A stretch of 64,000 nucleotides of DNA from an uncultured Gammaproteobacteria bacterium (GTDB lineage: Bacteria > Patescibacteriota > Patescibacteriia > Magasanikbacterales > UBA922), in assembly GCA_964566225.1 (NCBI GenBank), contig CAZMHV010000001.1, positions 149,963 through 213,962 of the forward strand, read 5' to 3'. This document shows, piece after piece, positions 19,444 through 28,256 of this stretch (positions within the stretch are counted from its first letter, which is position 1; each line of letters begins with the position of its first letter). A model generated the notes under the pieces. That model had not been told where the DNA came from and did not search any database. It worked only from the letters and a program-made list of their open reading frames with translations. Position numbers and translations under genes: made by a program.

Positions 19444-20012
19444 ACTATACACAGGAAAGTATCTCTTACTCTTGAACTCTCTTGAGGTTATGGTATTTGA
19501 CCTTGGCTTGGAATCTGGATCTTGAGTGCTTATAATGTACTTTTTTACTGAAATATATAAACATATAACTCTGTGTTTATATGTAATATTTTTTATGGTC
19601 ACGTATCATTTGTGTACATATGTTCTGTCATTGAGGTTACATCATATACTTGAGAGGCTTTTCCCTCTGTGTAAAATCAAGTTTTAAGGTCCAATCATAC
19701 CAGCCCATTTTTTTGTTTTTTTGAGTGAGTAGTATGTTTGTACCTTTTTTTCAAAAATCGCAAAATTCAAAAAATTTTTATGTATGAAAAAAAATTATTT
19801 TTTCTTTTGAAAATATTTTTTTTATTTCTACAAAGTTTCGTTCCGGTATGAGTTGTATCTAATACAATGTTGTTCTTGTTGTTCACGTCTGTTGTCTACA
19901 AATCAGTGTCCCCTGGTGCCCTCTCTCTGACAAGGTTCAATATTGTGCGACACATGAGTAGGGTACCATGTTTTTAAACAAATAACGTGAATGCTTAGTT
20001 TTTTATATATAA

Positions 20013-20045
20013 AAAATATCCCTAGAATAAATCCAGGGATATTTT
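20013..20045. terminator. Intrinsic terminator of dsbA (possibly bidirectional)
   Basis: AAAATATCCCT...AGGGATATTTT inverted repeat. Confidence 0.7.
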
Positions 20046-20062
20046 GATATAATGTAACTCAA

Positions 20063-20857
20063 TTACAGTAATGCTTGAATTTGAGCATCGAGTGACTCAA
20101 ATGGTTGTGCACCACTTACAGGGATCTTCTCCCCTTTTGGCCCAAGGATAATACTATGTGGAGTACCTTGTACACCGGCTCGTTGTCCATCAGCTTGATC
20201 TTCAGAGATTTTGGTAGCGTATTTTTTCTCTTTTACGCAGGCATCAAACTTACTGGTGTTGAGACCAATTGATTTGGCATATTCGGTGTAAGATCCAGTT
20301 GAAACAACTCCTTTTTCAAAAAGCATATCATGCATTTGCCAAAATTTGCCTTGTTCTGATGCACATTCTGATGCCAATGCTGCTGGCATAGCTTGTGGGT
20401 GAAAACTCAAAGGAAAGTGACGGTATACAACACGTACATCCTTTCCATATTTTTGTTCCACTTGTTTTACCGTTGCTTGAAATCTTTGACAAAATGGACA
20501 TTCAAAGTCAGAATATTCAACCAAAGTAATTTTAGCATTTTTATTTCCCAAAACATGGTCACGCTTTTCATCAACTTCACGTAAAGCAATATCTCCACTT
20601 GGGGCATCTGGAGCATCAACAATAGAAGGAGCCGCAACATCATTGTTGGCTACTGATTTTGGCATATCACCTCTCAAATACATTGAAAGCAATACAAAAA
20701 ATCCAATTGTACACAAAATTAAAAATCCACCACTGAGTCCTAAAATAAAGGTTTGTTTTGGACTGAGTGCGTTTAAAACTGAGTCACCTTTTTTTGGTGC
20801 ATCATGATGATGGTCATGTCCATGATGATCATGACTGTGGTTCTCCGTGTTTTCCAT
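20063..20857 (-). CDS. DsbA-family thiol-disulfide oxidoreductase
   Basis: His-rich N-tail, TM, YSDFECPFC, YRHFPL and cis-Pro loop GVQGTP. Start taken at MENTEN. Confidence 0.92.
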   Translation of the reverse strand: MENTENHSHDHHGHDHHHDAPKKGDSVLNALSPKQTFILGLSGGFLILCTIGFFVLLSMYLRGDMPKSVANNDVAAPSIVDAPDAPSGDIALREVDEKRDHVLGNKNAKITLVEYSDFECPFCQRFQATVKQVEQKYGKDVRVVYRHFPLSFHPQAMPAALASECASEQGKFWQMHDMLFEKGVVSTGSYTEYAKSIGLNTSKFDACVKEKKYATKISEDQADGQRAGVQGTPHSIILGPKGEKIPVSGAQPFESLDAQIQALL

Positions 20858-21024
20858 AGAGATAAAATTAAAAATATACCTAAATAAATAAGGTGACAGG
20901 ACAGCCGTATTGTAGCATAGCTCCAAAAAGGGCACAAGGGGAAAAAATATTCCCTTGTCAAGTCCACAGTAATATTTTGTTTTGCTCTCTTTAATACAAA
21001 CTTTTTTGGTTTTTTCTTTCATAA

Positions 21025-21097
21025 ACAAAAAGAGAGGAAGGGGAAAATGATGCTATGCCTGTCAGCTAACATCATTTCCCCTTTCCTCTCTTTTTGT
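21025..21097. repeat. Long inverted repeat (about 28-bp stem) downstream of lexA
   Basis: ACAAAAAGAGAGGAAGGGGAAAATGATG ... CATCATTTCCCCTTTCCTCTCTTTTTGT. Confidence 0.85.
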
Positions 21098-21237
21098 GAA
21101 GAAAAATTGTATAGATCTTTCTTTCTATTATTTGTTTTTGTTTGTATTTGTTATTCATCTCTGCTCTAAAGAGCTATGACGAATAAAGCCTGCAGTTTTT
21201 CTGCTTACTGGATACTGGCTATGTTCCAATAAGATTA

Positions 21238-21816
21238 CTATATATATTTACGAACTACTCCTGTAACGACTCCTCCTACACGTAGTTGTTGGCGAGGATA
21301 TATATCTGGATACTTAGGATTTGCTGCTCGTAAAAAGACTTTGTTTCCTTTTTTCATAAAGTATTTCAGTGTCCATTCGTGATCAACCTCTGCAACTACC
21401 ATACTTCCTGGTTTTGCAGTACTGTTTTTGTTCACAATTACCATATCACCCTTTACAATACCAGCATCTTTCATAGAGTCGCCATTTACTGTGAGTAAAT
21501 AGGTGGCACTTGGTTCATGTATGAGGAGGTCATTGAGAGAAACGAAATCAACTACTTCATCTGCATCGGTTGGGAATCCTGCTTGGATAGTACCAAGCAC
21601 TCTGATGCCATAGAGTTTTGTGGTAGGGATAAGTGTCCCTCCATCACTCTTACGCATGAGTCCATCTTCAATAAATTTTTCGACATAGGAATGCACTGAT
21701 CCTTTGGATGTGATGCCAAAAACATTGGCAAGTTCCGTGTACGTGGGCAAACGTTTTTGTTTGCGATAGTACTTGATGAGTTGAGTTTTTCTTTTCTCAT
21801 AGAGGGTGTCAGTCAT
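21238..21816 (-). CDS. lexA: LexA-family repressor (wHTH plus S24 peptidase)
   Basis: LPTYTELA wHTH, Ala-Gly cleavage site IQAGFP, Ser in NGDSM, Lys in WTLK. Start at MTDTL, just downstream of a consensus promoter. Confidence 0.9.
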   Translation of the reverse strand: MTDTLYEKRKTQLIKYYRKQKRLPTYTELANVFGITSKGSVHSYVEKFIEDGLMRKSDGGTLIPTTKLYGIRVLGTIQAGFPTDADEVVDFVSLNDLLIHEPSATYLLTVNGDSMKDAGIVKGDMVIVNKNSTAKPGSMVVAEVDHEWTLKYFMKKGNKVFLRAANPKYPDIYPRQQLRVGGVVTGVVRKYI

Positions 21817-21838
21817 ATGAAAAAAGTTAGAAGTAAAG

Positions 21839-21887
21839 AGAACGTACGTTCTATATATATTATAGAGAACATACGTTCTTGTGTCAA
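21839..21887 (-). promoter_or_regulatory. lexA promoter with two GAAC-N4-GTTC operators
   Basis: TTGACA(21887-82)-17 bp-TATAAT(21864-59). Palindromes GAACGTACGTTC at 21840-51 and GAACATACGTTC at 21867-78. Confidence 0.88.
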
Positions 21888-22015
21888 CACGTGAGTTATC
21901 CACAACAAAATTCTTTTGGTTGAGAGAAAAATAGAAAAGGTACCGCTTACAAACGCTACCTTGTCTTATAACTTTTTGAAGAAAAAAGTGGATGGTGGTG
22001 TGCATCCTCCTTTCG

Positions 22016-22369
22016 TTATTTTTGGACCACATAACTCCAGCCTTTGAAGCATGAGCACGCCCACTGTCCAACAAGGGCGCTTTCGTAGCCAGAGGCTAGA
22101 GTTTGGTGAGAAGAGGCTTCCATGGCCTCCAAAAAGCCCTGTGACGCATGAAATTCAGCGATTTTGACGAGATCTGCACTGCTTTGACCGTGAGCCATCT
22201 GGCTTTGCGGATAGCAAGCAACAAATCCTCCGTCTCGCTGAAGTCCTTCGTTTGTACGGTGAATCCGTTTGAGGGCTTCTTGGTGGTCTTTGGTTACCTC
22301 TTGAGTGTGGTAGTAGGCTCCTCCACAACCATAAGAGACACAAACAGACACCAAAATGAGGCGCTGCAT
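22016..22369 (-). CDS. Hypothetical protein, possibly exported or a lipoprotein (SD-led islet)
   Basis: Promoter TTGCAT-17-TACACT (22475-22447), SD TAAGGAG, hydrophobic N-terminus ending YGC. Confidence 0.6.
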   Translation of the reverse strand: MQRLILVSVCVSYGCGGAYYHTQEVTKDHQEALKRIHRTNEGLQRDGGFVACYPQSQMAHGQSSADLVKIAEFHASQGFLEAMEASSHQTLASGYESALVGQWACSCFKGWSYVVQK

Positions 22370-22390
22370 ACGACTCCTTATGACGCAGCG

Positions 22391-22696
22391 TCACTTCAAC
22401 AGGATGGTCCGACACCACCCAATTTTTTCTTCAATTACAAAGTCAGAGTGTACCTCAAAATTTTTATAAATGCAACCATCAAAAACAAAAACATCCCAAG
22501 TTGTCTTGAGATGTTTTATAGAAGCAAAGGCGCACGCGAACCCGAAGAGGTTCAACCAGTGGACGTCGATCAGGAGGCTGAAGACGCTGACCCTGCTGTA
22601 GATGGCACGGGAGATGAGCCCCATGGCAATCGTGGCCAGGATGGCCGCGCCGTAGACGAAGAAGGTGTTGAGGGTCCGATACTGAGAATCGTTCAC
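22391..22696 (-). CDS. Small membrane protein, GC3-rich; 3' end uncertain (possible pseudogene)
   Basis: Promoter TTGACA-17-TAGTAT (22867-22839), AGGAG then GTG at 22696. About 56 G/C-ending codons, after which the frame runs through a terminator-like hairpin. Confidence 0.5.
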   Translation of the reverse strand: MNDSQYRTLNTFFVYGAAILATIAMGLISRAIYSRVSVFSLLIDVHWLNLFGFACAFASIKHLKTTWDVFVFDGCIYKNFEVHSDFVIEEKIGWCRTILLK

Positions 22697-22875
22697 GTTG
22701 ACTCCTGGTAGAGAAACAGCTGGGGAGGCTGTTTTGAAAAGAACCCCAGAGGGCGAGACTATTTTCCCCAAACGCCGCTCCGGAAGAAAACCCCCCTCTT
22801 TTGAGAGACTTTTTCTTCCAAAGCCAAGTTGACCAAAGATACTAACAAAAAACAACCCTTTTGTCAAGGGCTGTT

Positions 22876-22952
22876 TGGTACGCACTGAGGGATTCGAACC
22901 CACGACCCTCTCGGTGTAAACGAGATGCTCTAACCAACTGAGCTAAGCGCGC
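22876..22952 (-). tRNA. tRNA-Val(TAC), CCA encoded
   Basis: GCGCGCTTAGCTCAGTTGGTTAGAGCATCTCG-TTTACAC-CGAGAGGGTCGTGGGTTCGAATCCCTCAGTGCGTACCA; upstream TTGACG-17-TATACT. Confidence 0.97.
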
Positions 22953-23002
22953 ATTATGGGGAGTAGTATAATCTATCTCCCCTTTTTCGTCAAGTGCTTT
23001 TT

Positions 23003-24646
23003 TTATGACTTTTTCCCCAGTAGGGCTGCCTTCACAAATTCACGGAATAATGGGTGTGGACGCATGGGGCGAGATTTGAATTCAGGGTGGAATTGTGTGC
23101 CTACAAAAAATGGATGATTTTTGAGTTCGACAATTTCAACGAGTTCAGTTTCAGGATTAATTCCTACCACTTCAAGTCCTGCGCTGTCCATGGCTTCACG
23201 GTAGGTATTGTTAAATTCGTAGCGGTGGCGGTGACGCTCAGAAATAACATCTTCGCCATAGGCCTTGGCTGTTTTGGTGCCTTTGCGCAGTGCACAGTCA
23301 TAGGCTCCAAGACGCATGGTGCCACCGTATTTGCCTTCTTGAATATTGCGTGCTTGAAATGGATTCACTTGAATGACTGGATCTGGTGTTTTGGGATTTA
23401 CTTCCATGGTGTGGGCTTCTTTTTTGCCAAGTACATTGCGTACAAATTCAATACATGCCAATTGCATGCCATAGCAAAGTCCAAGGTATGGAATTTTATT
23501 TTCACGTGCAAAACGAATCGCATTTATAATTCCTTCAATACCACGTGATCCAAATCCACCTGGTACGAGAACTCCATCAAAATCTTTGAGCATTTTGACT
23601 GAAGCAGGATTTTTTTCAAATTCTTCGGAGTCAACCCAAGACAATTCTGGCTGTGCATTGTTGAACCAGCAAGCATGTTTGGCTGCTTCAATCACAGAAA
23701 TATAAGAATCAGCCAGTGTAAAGTTTCCTGTACCAAAGTATTTGCCCACCACGGCAATCTTCATGACTTTTTTGGCAGTTTTAATTTTGCCGACAAATCC
23801 TTCCCACGCAGAAAGATCAGTTTTTTTGTTTTTCATGCCAAAAATTTTGAGCAGTTTGTTGCCAACATCTTGAGACTCCAGCGTCATTGGAATTTGGTAA
23901 ATAGAAGGAACATCTGGTGCAGAAATAACATTATCCTTGTGTACCCCACAAAATACTCCGAGTTTTTCACGGCGAGGTTTATCCATTTCCATAGCACCAC
24001 GTGCCACAATCATGTCGGCATTAATACCTGCACTGTTGAGGGCACGTGCTGCATGCTGCGTTGGCTTGGTTTTCATTTCACCAATGTGTGAAGGAATTGG
24101 CAAATAACTTACCAAAACAAAAGCAACACTGTTTGGATCTTCAAGTTTCATCATGCGGGCAGCTTCGAGGAACAAAATATTTTGGTATTCACCCACGGTT
24201 CCACCAACTTCGATAATAGTAAACTCTGCCTTGTGACTACTGGCTGCGGTTTTGATACGACGAATTACTTCTTCTGGAATGTGTGGTACCACTTCTACAC
24301 AACGTCCTTTGTATTTCATGGCACGTTCATTTTCAATGACACTCAAATACACACGGCCCGTTGTCATGTAGTTTGGAGATTTTAAATCAACATCGAGAAA
24401 GCGTTCGTAGTTTCCCATGTCTTGATCGGTTTCGTCTCCATCGTCAGTCACAAATACTTCTCCATGTTCGGTTGGATTCATGGTTCCAGCATCAATGTTT
24501 ACGTACGGATCAATTTTGATGGCCGTTGCAGTAAACCCTTTGGCTTTCATAATGGCACCAATTGATGCAGAGGTAACTCCCTTGCCTACTCCACTAAGAA
24601 CACCACCAACCACGAAAATATATTTGTGCTTGAGTTGTTTTGCCAT
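23003..24646 (-). CDS. pyrG: CTP synthase
   Basis: GGVLSGVGKG, KTKPTQH, GLCYGMQ, RHRHRYE and QFHPEF. Confidence 0.98.
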   Translation of the reverse strand: MAKQLKHKYIFVVGGVLSGVGKGVTSASIGAIMKAKGFTATAIKIDPYVNIDAGTMNPTEHGEVFVTDDGDETDQDMGNYERFLDVDLKSPNYMTTGRVYLSVIENERAMKYKGRCVEVVPHIPEEVIRRIKTAASSHKAEFTIIEVGGTVGEYQNILFLEAARMMKLEDPNSVAFVLVSYLPIPSHIGEMKTKPTQHAARALNSAGINADMIVARGAMEMDKPRREKLGVFCGVHKDNVISAPDVPSIYQIPMTLESQDVGNKLLKIFGMKNKKTDLSAWEGFVGKIKTAKKVMKIAVVGKYFGTGNFTLADSYISVIEAAKHACWFNNAQPELSWVDSEEFEKNPASVKMLKDFDGVLVPGGFGSRGIEGIINAIRFARENKIPYLGLCYGMQLACIEFVRNVLGKKEAHTMEVNPKTPDPVIQVNPFQARNIQEGKYGGTMRLGAYDCALRKGTKTAKAYGEDVISERHRHRYEFNNTYREAMDSAGLEVVGINPETELVEIVELKNHPFFVGTQFHPEFKSRPMRPHPLFREFVKAALLGKKS

Positions 24647-24699
24647 AGAAAAATAATTAGATTGATCGACAAAATTATAACATGAAATATATAAAAAAG

Positions 24700-24727
24700 A
24701 AACCGGTCGCCTCAGGCGACCGGTTTT
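24700..24727 (-). terminator. Terminator after rplI
   Basis: AAACCGGTCGCC-TCA-GGCGACCGGTTT hairpin followed by a T-rich tract on the - strand. Confidence 0.75.
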
Positions 24728-25160
24728 AGGAGACGAGGACACTCATTTCTGCTTCGAGTCCATGTTTGAAGGCCACAAAACAGGTGTGTCTCCCAGATTC
24801 TTTGATGGGACGTTTTATTTTGATTTGTTCTGGTTTCAGGTTGACGCCAAATCGAGCCTTGATTGCTTTAACAATGTCTCCAGCCCCCACAGCAGCATAA
24901 AAAGCTCCATCTTGGGCAGAGGCTTCTATTTCGATTTCTTCACCATCAAGCTTGGCAGCCAGTTGTTGAAGTTTTTTGAGTTCTGCTTCACTCAGTTCTT
25001 TTTCTTTGGTTTTTTGTTGTTCTACTTTTTTGACCAGTTCAGGAGTAGCAAAAGTGGCTTGTTTTTGCTTGATCAAGTGACGTCCAAAACCCTCGGAAAC
25101 TTCAATAACCTGACTTTTTTGGCCAGTTTTAGGGATATCTTGAAGGAGGAGGATTTTCAT
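24726..25160 (-). CDS. rplI: 50S ribosomal protein L9
   Basis: MKILLLQDI..G...VIEVSEGFGR, helical linker, and C-terminal PIKESG. Confidence 0.92.
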   Translation of the reverse strand: MKILLLQDIPKTGQKSQVIEVSEGFGRHLIKQKQATFATPELVKKVEQQKTKEKELSEAELKKLQQLAAKLDGEEIEIEASAQDGAFYAAVGAGDIVKAIKARFGVNLKPEQIKIKRPIKESGRHTCFVAFKHGLEAEMSVLVS

Positions 25161-25340
25161 AAACCAGTGAGCAAAAAAGCAGTGCGCTTGCTCAGATTCT
25201 TTGGAGCAAACGAAATTTCTACTGTTTGCAAAGCAAGACAGAGAGTGAATTCTCCTTTTAGTATAGAGAAAACTTGAAATTTATGCAAGAGGGTGGTAGG
25301 ATAAGAGAATAATTCAATTGTTAAGCAAAGAATCAACCCT

Positions 25341-26318
25341 ATGGGCAAGAAACAGACAGAAGAACCAATAGTAAAAAAATCAGGCTTTGTTGCCCTTATT
25401 GGTCGTAGTAACGTGGGCAAATCAACCCTGCTCAATACATTGGTCGGCACCAAAATTGCGGCTACCAGTTTTCGTCCTCAAATGACTCGCCATATTATTC
25501 ATGGAGTTATGAATATGCCAAATGGTCAGGCTACATTTGTGGATACTCCAGGTATTTTAAAAATCAAAAAAAGTCGTCTCAGTGCAAAACTCCAACACAA
25601 AGTAGAAGATATTCTCAATGATATTGATGTACTTATTTATGTAGTTGATCCGACTCGTGATATTGGACAAGAAGAACGTGGTATTTTTGGTATGATCCGT
25701 CACCTTGATATTCCCAAGATTTTGGTTATCAATAAAAGTGACTTGCATAAAGAAGACCGTGCTTACCAAGATAGTTATGAACAGTGGTCCAAAGAATTTG
25801 ATGCTACATTTTCACTTTCTGCACTTCGTGCCTCACACATTGATCCACTCAAACAAAAAGTAATGGAATTTTTGCCAGAAGGTGAACCATTTTACTTGGA
25901 TGAACAACTCACCAACATTGATAATCGTTTTTGGATTGCAGAACTGATCCGTGAAAAAGTATTTTCTGTTTTTGAAAAAGAAGTCCCCTACTCTATTACA
26001 GTAGAAGTAGACAATGTCGAAGAAAAAATGGTTCCCAAAGCTGCTCCTAAAGTTCTCGACGAAAAGAAAAAAAATAGTTCACAGCGAAAGGCAGCTGCCA
26101 TTGCCAAAGCAGCACTTCCCAAAGAAGAAATGATTGTGATTCAAGCACGTATTCTTACAGACTTGGAACGTTTCAAAAAAGTTATTATTGGACATGGGGG
26201 AAATAAAATTAAAGAAATTGGTGTGATGGCAAGGCGTGAGCTTGAAGCAGCATTGAACCGAAGAGTATTTCTTGAGTTAGAAGTTGAAGTCGATCCACAT
26301 TGGGTGGAACGGATTTAG
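25341..26318 (+). CDS. era: GTPase Era
   Basis: GRSNVGKSTL, DTPG, NKSD and EVPYS; KH domain with IIGHGG. Confidence 0.96.
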   Translation: MGKKQTEEPIVKKSGFVALIGRSNVGKSTLLNTLVGTKIAATSFRPQMTRHIIHGVMNMPNGQATFVDTPGILKIKKSRLSAKLQHKVEDILNDIDVLIYVVDPTRDIGQEERGIFGMIRHLDIPKILVINKSDLHKEDRAYQDSYEQWSKEFDATFSLSALRASHIDPLKQKVMEFLPEGEPFYLDEQLTNIDNRFWIAELIREKVFSVFEKEVPYSITVEVDNVEEKMVPKAAPKVLDEKKKNSSQRKAAAIAKAALPKEEMIVIQARILTDLERFKKVIIGHGGNKIKEIGVMARRELEAALNRRVFLELEVEVDPHWVERI

Positions 26319-26327
26319 TATTTTTGT

Positions 26328-27692
26328 ATGTTGCATCTCTACAACTCTCTCACCAAACAAAAAGAAGCTTTTCATCCCCTGCACGAACATGAGGTAGGTT
26401 TGTATACCTGTGGACCAACGGTCTATCACTATGCACATATTGGCAACCTGCGTACCTATGTGTTTGAAGATATTTTGAAACGTGTTTTGAAATACAACAA
26501 CTACCATGTGAATCATGTGATGAATATCACGGATGTGGGACACCTCACTGATGATGGTGATAACGGTGAAGATAAAATGGAAAAGGGTTCCAAACGTGAA
26601 GGCAAAACTGCCTGGGAAATTGCCGAATTTTATACCAAAAAGTTCCAAGAAAACATGCAGGATTTGAATATATTGGAACCAAGTGTGTGGTGCAAGGCAA
26701 CGGACCATATTCCTGAACAAATTGCCATGGTTGAAACTCTCACCCAAAAAGGTTTTACCTACACCACCAGCGATGGCATTTATTTTGACACGACCAAAGT
26801 GCCGGACTATGGTAAGCTCGTAGATTTGCAAAATCAAGAACTTCAGGCTGGAGCACGCATTGATATGGGTGAAAAGAAAAATCCTCATGACTTTGCCTTG
26901 TGGAAATTTACTCCGGCAAATGAAAAACGACAAATGGAATGGGAAGCCTTTGGACGCATGGGATTCCCAGGTTGGCACATTGAGTGTAGTGCCATGGCTA
27001 CCAAGTACTTAGGGAATCAATTTGACATTCACTGTGGAGGCATTGACCACAAGCCTGTGCACCATACCAACGAAATTGCCCAAACTGAATCTGCAACGGG
27101 TTTGACTCCTTGGGTCAACACCTGGATGCACGGAGAGTTCCTCACCATTGATGGTGGCAAAATGGCCAAATCTGATGAAAATTTTCTCACACTGGAACTT
27201 CTTATCAAAAAAGGCTTTGATCCCCTCGCCTACCGCTATTTTTTGCTTCTAGCGCATTATCGTAAACAACTTTCATTCTCATTTGAAGCACTTGAGGCTG
27301 CTCAGAATGGTTTATACAACTTGCGCCGTAAAATTGCTGAAATCCCTGACCATGTGGCCAAAGACCAACACCACAGTGACGCATTTTTGGCAGCGATCAA
27401 TGATGATCTCAACATGCCAGAGGCATTGGCTGTGGTATGGAATGGTGTCAAAGAAGGCACTCTGAGTATAGAAACCATTATTCATTTTGATAAGGTACTC
27501 GGACTCAACTTGCACCAACCCAAAATGACCGAAGAACCTATTCCAGAATTTGTCCTCAAACTGCTCGGTGAACGTGCGAGTGCGCGTGAAGAAAAAAACT
27601 TTGAGCGCAGTGATGAACTTCGTGATGAAATGCTCCTTGCGGGATATATGGTAGAAGATACCAAAGATGGACAAAAATTGAAAAAACAATAA
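26328..27692 (+). CDS. cysS: Cysteinyl-tRNA synthetase
   Basis: CGPTVY, HIGN, PGWHIECSAM and KMAKS. Confidence 0.98.
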   Translation: MLHLYNSLTKQKEAFHPLHEHEVGLYTCGPTVYHYAHIGNLRTYVFEDILKRVLKYNNYHVNHVMNITDVGHLTDDGDNGEDKMEKGSKREGKTAWEIAEFYTKKFQENMQDLNILEPSVWCKATDHIPEQIAMVETLTQKGFTYTTSDGIYFDTTKVPDYGKLVDLQNQELQAGARIDMGEKKNPHDFALWKFTPANEKRQMEWEAFGRMGFPGWHIECSAMATKYLGNQFDIHCGGIDHKPVHHTNEIAQTESATGLTPWVNTWMHGEFLTIDGGKMAKSDENFLTLELLIKKGFDPLAYRYFLLLAHYRKQLSFSFEALEAAQNGLYNLRRKIAEIPDHVAKDQHHSDAFLAAINDDLNMPEALAVVWNGVKEGTLSIETIIHFDKVLGLNLHQPKMTEEPIPEFVLKLLGERASAREEKNFERSDELRDEMLLAGYMVEDTKDGQKLKKQ

Positions 27693-27693
27693 T

Positions 27694-27724
27694 AAAAAAC
27701 AGCCTGTATCAAGGCTGTTTTTTA
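27694..27724. terminator. Bidirectional terminator
   Basis: AAAAAACAGCCT-GTATCA-AGGCTGTTTTTT between convergent genes. Confidence 0.8.
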
Positions 27725-27739
27725 TTACATATAAAATTC

Positions 27740-28234
27740 CTAAAAGGTTACTGGGACCACATATTGATCATCGTTGGCTGGTTCACCCGATGGATTATCT
27801 TTTTTGAGAATCAATGTTCCTGTACTGCCTGCAGGTTGTGCTGGAAACGTAATGCTTACGGTAAATGGTACAAAGTTGGTGGTCATCCAGTCTGATTGGG
27901 CCTGTGCTACCCCGGTACCAATAACTACATTGGCGTTATTTTTGAGTTCTACAGGAAAGCTTGCCTCAAAATACCAGTTGCCTTTGGCTTCACCTGTTAA
28001 CACAAGTGGATTTGGAAGTGGAGAAGTTACTTGAGATGAGTTTACGTGAATGAGCTCATGTACAGGAAATGCAGGCGCAGGCAATATAGTAACAGACGTT
28101 TCTGCTGCAGAGGGGTTTCCTTCTGGGTATGAGTTGTTTTCCGTTTGTTGTATTGATTTTTGTAGGGGTATCAAAAATTTCCAAGCAAGAAAGATAATTA
28201 CTACGCAGATAATGATTCCAATAGTTTTTTTCAT
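27740..28234 (-). CDS. Gmad2 immunoglobulin-like domain protein
   Basis: TM plus GEAKGNWYFEASFPV...DWMT..FVPF...KDNPSG signature. Confidence 0.85.
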   Translation of the reverse strand: MKKTIGIIICVVIIFLAWKFLIPLQKSIQQTENNSYPEGNPSAAETSVTILPAPAFPVHELIHVNSSQVTSPLPNPLVLTGEAKGNWYFEASFPVELKNNANVVIGTGVAQAQSDWMTTNFVPFTVSITFPAQPAGSTGTLILKKDNPSGEPANDDQYVVPVTF

Positions 28235-28256
28235 AGGTATACAAAATAAATAAAAA

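Noticed and set aside
19320-20060. AT-rich gap as a possible oriC
   Set aside because: No DnaA-box cluster seen, genes converge rather than diverge, and a dif-like site is present.
21817-22074. 86-aa N-terminal extension of LexA in the ORF track
   Set aside because: It runs through a terminator and the lexA promoter and operators; the real start is 21816.
22148-22711. 187-aa + strand ORF
   Set aside because: It spans two - strand units that have their own promoters and SDs; I saw no promoter or RBS for it.
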